A stretch of DNA of 47,991 bases from Callorhinchus milii (taxonomy: Eukaryota): assembly GCF_018977255.1 (NCBI RefSeq), contig NW_024705401.1:1-47991 (forward strand), written 5' to 3'. Both the position numbers and the translations under genes were made by a program. Of the stretch, positions 40,930 to 47,991 are shown one piece after another. Each line of letters starts with the position of its first letter. Within the stretch, counting starts at the first letter, position 1. Below the pieces are notes generated by a model. That model was not told where the DNA came from, searched no databases, and worked only from the letters and a program-made list of their open reading frames with translations.

Positions 40930-41915
40930 ATACAAACAAAATATACCGACGCACACATAAACACAAAAATACACATACACGCAAATACAGACACACATAT
41001 AGACAAGCAACATATATAGACACATACAGACACACTCACAGACACACACACATATAGAGACACACACACATACACACATATACAGACACACACAGACATA
41101 AAGACACACATATACATACAGACCCACATACATACAAATACGCACCGACACGTACAAATACAGACACACATATACAGACACATACAGACAAACAAACATG
41201 CAGACACGCATTCCAACACACACATACAGACACACATACATATAGACACAAACACACATAGACACACATACACATCCAGACACACACATAGTCACATAAA
41301 AACACACATACACATACAAATCCATACATAGACACACATACATAAACACACACAGATACCCACACATACAGATACACATTCATATACACACACATACAAA
41401 CACACACAGACAAATACACACAGACACACTCATACATACACACATACAGACATACGACAGACACACACACACAAATACAGAAACACACATAGATACATAC
41501 ACAGATACAGAAACACCCACATACAGACACACACACACACATACAGACAGACATATACAGACACACACACATACATAAAAATACATACACAGACACATAC
41601 ATACATACAGACACAGACAGACAGACACACACACACACACATACAGACACTCACATACATACAGATGCACACACATATACAGACACACACAGACACACAT
41701 GCAGACACACAAACATACATCCAGATACACACACATATACAGACACACACAGACATAAAGATACACATACTCACAGACATAAAGATATAATCAGACAGAC
41801 ACACACACAGATACACACACATACATAAACACACACAGATACACACACGCACACAGACACAGACACATACACACATGCAGACACACACACATATACAAAC
41901 ACATACGCAGACACA
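40930..41915. repeat. Degenerate CA-rich low-complexity tract
   Basis: Irregular (CA)n/caga/cata without strict 18-bp periodicity. Confidence 0.9.
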
Positions 41916-42371
41916 TGCAAAGTACTTATTCAGTACGTCAGCCATGCCCTCTGCCTCTATAAGATTTCCTCTTTGGTCCCTAATTGGACATACCTTAACT
42001 TTGACAAACCTTTTATTCTTTAAAATAAAATATGTTAGGGTTCCCTTTTATGTTACCCACAAATCTTTTCTCATATAATCTCTTTGCCCTTCTGATTTCC
42101 ATTTTCAGTTCTCCTCAGCACTTTTATATCCTTTTTGATTATTTTCTGTATTTTGGAACTGACATTTATCATAAGCCTCCTTTTTACATTTTATTTTAAT
42201 CCCTTTGTGGGAACGTATTTGTTCTATCACCGAACTGTCTCCTCCTTGAAGGCTTCCCATTGCTCATCAGTTGTTTTACCTGCAAATCTTTCTTTCCAGT
42301 ACACCTTGGACAGGTCCCTGTTTAACTCACTGAAATTAGCCTCTTCTAGATGAGTATCTTCACCTTTGATT

Positions 42372-43617
42372 AGTCTAACAAATCTAATAGAATTTTTCGA
42401 TGAGGTAACGGAGAGGGTCGATAACGGTAGTGCCGTTGATATAGTTTATATGGACTTTCAAAAGGCATTTGACAAAGTGCCACATGAAAGGATTGTAAGA
42501 AAGATAGAAGCCCACGGTATAAAAGGGACAGTGGCAGCGGATCCAGAACTCACTGGGAGACAGAAAGCAGAGAGTTGTGGTGAACGGCTGCTTTTCTGAC
42601 CGGAGGGAAGTGTACAGTGGTGCCAGGGATCGGTATTAGGACCACTGCTCTTCTTAATACACATAAATGATCTGGACTTGGGTATAGCAAGTACCATTTC
42701 CAAGTTTGCGCATGACACAAAGTTAGGGAGGGGGTAAACAGTGAGAAGGACAGGAGCCGACTGCAGGAAGACATAGACAGATGGTAAAATGGGCGACACA
42801 TGGCAGAGGAGTTTCAATGTGGAGAAATGTGAGGTACTGCATTTTGGTAGAAAGAATGAGGGGCAATATAGGCGGTAATACAATCTTAATGGGGTAAAAC
42901 AACAGAGAGACCTGGGGGTGGGGGCAGGTAAATGAATCCATGAAGGTGGAAGGACAGGTAGATACAGCTGTAAAAAGGGCATATGAGATACTAGGCTTTA
43001 TAAATAGGGGCATAGAGTACAAGAGTCAGGAGGTTATGATTAACCCATATAAACACTGGTTAGGCCTCAGTTAGAATACTGCGCCCAGTTCTGGGCACCA
43101 CATGATAGGAAGGATGTTAAGGCATTGGAAAGGGTGCAGAGGAGATTTACGAGGATGGTACCAGGAATGAGGGACCGTGATGATGAGGAAAGGCTGGAGA
43201 GGTGAGGATTATTCTCATTGGAGCAGAGAAGGTTATGAGGACCTAATAGAGGTCTTCAATATCATGAGGGGATTTGATAGGTTAGAAAGTGAAAAACTGT
43301 TTCCACTGGTTGGTGTGTCGGTGACTCGAGGTCAGATTCAAAATAGTCTCTAAAGGAAGCCGAGGGGAGGTGGGAAGGAATTTCTTCACGCAGCGAGTTG
43401 TTGGAATCTGGAATGCATTGCCTGAAAGGGCGGTGGAGGCCGATTCGATAACTACTTTTAAAAATATGGTGGACGGGTATGTGAGGAGGACGGGTTTGCA
43501 GGTTATGGGGAAAGAGCTGGGGAGTGGGATTGACATTACATTGCTCTATTCAAGGAGATGGCACAAACTCGATGGGCCGAATGGCATCTTTTTGTGCTGT
43601 ACGATTCTATGATTCTA
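42372..43617 (+). mobile_element. 5'-truncated CR1 (RT and 3' end) nested in an older CR1
   Basis: LTNLIEFFDEVTERVDNGSAVDIVYMDFQKAFDKVPH...NFFTQRVVGIWNALP; (ATTCTATG)n tail; TGATT at both junctions. Confidence 0.9.
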
Positions 43618-44129
43618 TGATTGTTCTTTGTCCCTTTCCATAGGTTCTCTAAACCTAATGATGTTGTGATCACTGTCATCCAGATGCTCTCCTACTGAAA
43701 GCTGTTCCAATTGCCCCACTTCATTCCCCAGAACTAGATCCAGCTCTGCTTCCTTCCTAGGTGGGCTGGAAACATACTGATCCAGAAAGTTATTCTTCAC
43801 ACGTTTCAGGAATCCACCCCCCTCCTTGCCCTTTACAGTCAGTCCACGTTAGGATGAATGAAGTCCCCCATTATCACTACCCTATAGGTTTGGCATCTAT
43901 TCTGAAATCTGTTTGCAGATTTGCTTGTCTCTCTGCTCTCTCTATTTGGGGATCTATAGTACACACCTAACAGAGTAACAGCTCCTTTTCTGCTCCTTAA
44001 CACTAAGCAAATAGATTATATTTTTGGACCCTTTAGCACATCGTCCTTTTTCAGTGCCATAACCATGTCTTTAATCAATATTGCCGGCCACCCCTCCTTT
44101 TCCTTCCCTATCCCACCTAAGTACATTGC

Positions 44130-44162
<33 letters not shown>

Positions 44163-44391
44163 CCTTGCATTTGATATAGCGCTTTTCACGTCGGGAGGAC
44201 GTCCCAAAGCGTTTCACAGAACACACTGTAAAGTGAATTGACTGTATATTTGTGGGCGAACGCGGCAGCCAATTGCGCACAGCAATGTCCCACAAACAGT
44301 CATGGATTGAAAATGACCAATTTATTATTGTTTTTTTTGTTTTTTTTGGAGGGATTATTATTAGGCGTGTGGAGTAAGGAAACTTGCCCAA
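44130..44391 (-). mobile_element. SINE copy lacking the tRNA head
   Basis: Near-identical to the bodies of 19387-19710 and 20888-21212; long (TTA)n tail. Confidence 0.9.
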
Positions 44392-45495
44392 ACTTGTAGC
44401 CAGGAATATTGAGCTGCCATTCATGCCCTTGTTTGAGCCAGGTCTCCGTTATTGCCATTACATCATAACCCCATGTGGCAACTTGAGCCGCAGCTTACCA
44501 ACCTTATTTGTCACACTCCATGCATTTACACACATGCCCTCCAAGACCGACTGAGTCTGTTCTGCATTTTGCCCCCTATCTAATCCCTACTTTCTCTGGA
44601 TTACTCCTTATTACATTGCTATTTATCTCTCCCAGCCCTCTATGTAACTTGCTTCTCCTCTCCCTGATGCTACATCCTGAGTGCTTTCCCCCTCAAAATT
44701 GGTTTAATCTTTCCCCACAACACTAGTTAACTTCCCTGCAAGGACATTGGTCCCAGCCCGGTTCAGGTTTAACCCATCTACCTTGTACGGTCCCTCCTAG
44801 ACCAGAACTGGTCCCAATATTGCAGGAATCTGAAGCCCTCCTTTCTGCACCGTTTCTCCAGCCATGTATTCATGTGTTTGATCCTGCTGGTTTGATACTC
44901 ACTTGCATGAGGCACTGGGAGTAATCCAGAGGTCATCGCCTTTGAAGAACTACTTTTTAGCTTATTCCCTAGTTTCTGATACTCAACATGGACCATAACT
45001 TCTGGATGTTTCCTTTCGCCATGTAGAATGTTTTGGACCCGTTCCGTGATGTTTTCAACCCTGGTACCAGGGAGGCAACATACCCTGCAAGAGTTGTTTT
45101 TGATTTCAGAAACGCCGTCTACTCCTTTCTCCGTTGTGTCCTCAATGACAATTGCATTGACACATTCTCTGTGTCACCCTGTGTAACCATTGGCTTTTGA
45201 CTCTCCTCCCCAGAAGTGTCATTACCCTCACTGGTGTTCAGTACAGAGAACCGGTTTGTGAGTGCCACACTCTGACGGTATTTCTGCACTACCCGTCCCC
45301 TCTTCCTACCATGCCGGGTGGTCATCAATCACTCTCCTCATGAACCCACTTGTTCAAGATACAAACACACACATACAGACAAACTCACATATATCGACAC
45401 ACAAACACACACACACTCACACAGGCAATCACACATAGACACACACATGCATAGAGACAACACACAGACACACACACACAGACACACACACACAC

Positions 45496-45648
45496 CTTTG
45501 TAGGATATGATGGTATCTGAGATGTCTTTGAAGATCTGTGCCAAACGTGCAGTGCGAGCGACCTCGATGTTCTCCTCCGCTGCAGCTAAGCGCCGGGTCC
45601 GCACTGAACGGGAGGTTTGTAGCGCGGAAAACTGGGTCATGAAAACAT
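45496..45648 (-). CDS. ASH1L: ASH1L coding exon (first in window; start of bromodomain region)
   Basis: Translates (D)[50 protein letters not shown], which I recognise as vertebrate ASH1L. Acceptor ctcAG at 45650-45649, donor GT at 45495-45494; 153 nt, phase 1-1. Upstream exons lie beyond the window. Confidence 0.95.
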
Positions 45649-45748
45649 CTGAGGGATTGAGAGAAACAAACAAGTTAGACATTCCAGCACATCGCCCCAG
45701 CTCCGATTCAGATGGATACTTCTTGATTAAACTTTAGCACAGAGGTAA

Positions 45749-46134
45749 CAACAACAACAACAACAACAACAAGATTCCATTTATAAAGCGCCTTTCACGT
45801 CAGGAGGACGTCCCAAGGCGCTGCACAGTTGGGTCAGGACCCGAGCTGGGGGGAATGGTCAGGGTTATGGGAGGGAAGTGAGGGAGCGAGAAGGGGGGAA
45901 ATGGTCAGGGTGAGGGGAGGGAAGGGAGGGAGCGAGGAGGGGGAAGAGAGTCCAGAGGGGAGCTGAAGGCTGAAGGTCAAAGAGAAAGGTTTTGAGACCG
46001 ACCTTGAAGGAGGAGAGGGAGGAAGCGGCGAAGGCACTGGGGGATAGAGTTCCAGAGCCTCGGGGCTGAGAGGCTGAAGGCCACCGATGGTAGGGCGATT
46101 GGGGCGGGGGACGTGGAGCAGACCGGAGCCGGAG
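45749..46134 (-). mobile_element. Young 5'-truncated L2 copy
   Basis: Reverse complement of the 14430-14811 type sequence; (TTG)n tail; GAGGTAA repeats at 45742-45748 and 46135-46141. Confidence 0.88.
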
Positions 46135-46240
46135 GAGGTAAAGGTAAAGGTAAAGGAAGGAGACTGTCTTGAAGGGGAAAGACAAGGATTTTGAAATCTA
46201 TACTATGTGTGATGGGAAGCCAATGGAGTCGGGCAAGGAT

Positions 46241-47991
46241 CATAGAATCATGCAGCACAGAAGGAGGCCATTTGGCCCATGATGTCTGCGCCAGCTCCTA
46301 AAAAAACAATCCAACTCAATCCCACTGGCTCACTTTCTCTCCGTAGCCCTGCAATCCTATCCTCGCCAAACACCCATCTACAACTCTCTTAAAAGTTGCT
46401 AATGAATCGGCTTCCACCACCCTTTCAGGTAATGCATTCCAGATCCCAACAACTCGCTGGTGAAAATATTTTTCCTAACCTCCCCTCTGTTCCTTTTAAC
46501 AACTCTCTTAAATCGGTGTCCTCAGGTTACTGTCCCACACGCCAGTGAAAACAGTTTTTCCCGGTTCAACCTATCAAATCCTCTCATGATCTTGAAAACC
46601 TCTATTAAATCCCCTCTTAATCTTCTCTGCTCTCGGGAGAATAATCCTAGTTTTGCTAACTTCATTCCTGGTACCATCCTGGTTAACCTCCTGTTCGCCC
46701 TCTCCAATGCCCTAACATCTGTCCTAAAGTGCAGAGCCCAGAACTGAACACAGTCTCTAACTGAGGCCTAACCACATTTTATAAATATTCCACATAACCT
46801 CCTGACTTTTGTATTCTATGCCCCTATTTATAAAACCTAGTATTCCGTATGTTTTTTCAACAGCTTTATCTTCCTGTCCTGCCACGTTCAGAGATTGCTT
46901 ATATGAAACTCTCCTTTGCCTCTCCTCATTCTTCCTCACAAAATGCATCACTTCGCATTTCTCCACATTAAACCTCATCTGCCATTTTCTGCCCATTTTA
47001 TCAATCTGTCTAAGTCCTCTTGGAGTCTGGTCCTGTCCTCCTCACCATTAACTACTTTTCCTAGCTTAGTATCGTCTGCAAATTTGGAAATTGTGCTCTC
47101 TATATCCAGATCCAGATCATTAATAGAGATCAGAAAGAGCAGTGGTCCCAATACCGACCCCTGAGGGATACCACCACACCACTCACTCCAGTCAGAAAAG
47201 CAACCATTTACTACCACTCTGCTTTCTGTCTCAGAGCCAGTTCTGAATCCATGTTGCCACAGTCCCTTTAGTACCGTGGGCTTCTATTTTGTTTATGTCT
47301 CTTACGTGGCACTTTGTCAAATGCCTTTTGAAAATCCATATAAACTACATCTGCTGCACTATCTTCAACCACCCTCTCAGGTCACTTCATCAAAACATTC
47401 TATTACATTTGTCAGACACAATCTGCCTTTAACAAATCCTTATTGACTGTCCTTTATTAAACCATATTTTTCTAACTCTGATGTTAGGCTGATTGGCCTG
47501 TAGTTTCCGGGTTTATCCTTCTGCCCCTTTTTTGTACAGAGGAGTAACATTCCTCCAGTCCTCTGGCATCACTCTGGTGTCTAAAGGGGATTGAAAGTTT
47601 GTGGCCAGAGCTTCCGCTATTTCCACCTTTGTTTCCCTCAGTAACCTGGGATGCATCCCATCCAGACCAGGTGACTTATATGTTGAGCACCGACAGCCTT
47701 TTTAGTACCTCCTCTCTGTTGATTTTTATGATATCCAATTTCTGTTCACACGCCTGCGATATTGTGGCATCGGTTGCATCATCTTCTTTTCTGAAGACAG
47801 TTGCAAAGTACTTATTTAGTACATCAGCCAATGCCCTCTGTCTCAACAAGAAGATTTCCACTTTGGTCCCTAATTGGACCCACTTTACCTTTGACTAACC
47901 TTTTACTCTTCATATGCTTTTAAAATACCTTAGGGTTTCCTTTTATGTTTCCTTCTAATCTTTTCTCATACAATCTCTTCGCCCTTCTTAT
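46241..47991 (-). mobile_element. CR1 LINE (RT and 3' end), runs off window
   Basis: [67 protein letters not shown] tail at 46241-46251. Confidence 0.9.

Larger units (their letters stand above)
41916..45320 (-). mobile_element. CR1 LINE 5' half (ORF1 esterase-like plus endonuclease), interrupted by a + strand CR1 and a SINE
   Basis: ORF1-like SGLLPVPHASEYQ...MNTWLEKRCRKEGFRFLQYWDQFW (44778-44996) and VALTNRFSVL. Endonuclease end FLDQYV...LDLVLGNE...EHLDDSDHNIIRF (43615-43800). MADVLNKYFA at ~41945. Confidence 0.8.

Noticed and set aside
28043..41945. Very long ORFs (up to 2706 aa) rich in C/V/Y/L/M or T/H/Q/D
   Set aside because: They are open in several frames on both strands because the 18-bp unit lacks stop codons. 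They lie inside an ASH1L intron and show no domain or codon structure.
1..47991. A previously undescribed multi-gene system
   Set aside because: Nearly all of the window is explained by ASH1L exons and UTR, known classes of transposable element, and tandem repeats. No unexplained credible coding sequence remains.

Overview
Vertebrate nuclear DNA. The repeat landscape (CR1 and L2 LINEs plus a tRNA-headed SINE with an L2-type tail) suggests a cartilaginous fish, possibly a chimaera; this is an inference. The window holds the 3' part of ASH1L (histone H3K36 methyltransferase) on the minus strand. I traced 12 coding exons (45648 down to the stop at 12068). All introns are GT-AG, all phases are consistent, and the total is 1634 nt (~544 aa) encoding the bromodomain, PHD finger, BAH domain and C-terminus. 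A ~3.5 kb 3' UTR follows, with candidate poly(A) signals near 8610-8720. Introns and the downstream flank are filled with nested L2/CR1 fragments, SINE copies, a 54-bp minisatellite, and a ~12.7 kb 18-bp satellite with higher-order structure. The very long ORFs in the track over that satellite are repeat artefacts. I see no evidence for a new multi-gene system. The most notable observations are: a 22-bp duplication of a splice acceptor that creates a potential poison acceptor at the BAH domain; the giant UG-rich intronic array next to a 55-nt exon; three young L2 insertions, each with an apparent 7-bp TSD and next to older L2; and a SINE/L2 shared 3' stem-loop with a compensatory change.
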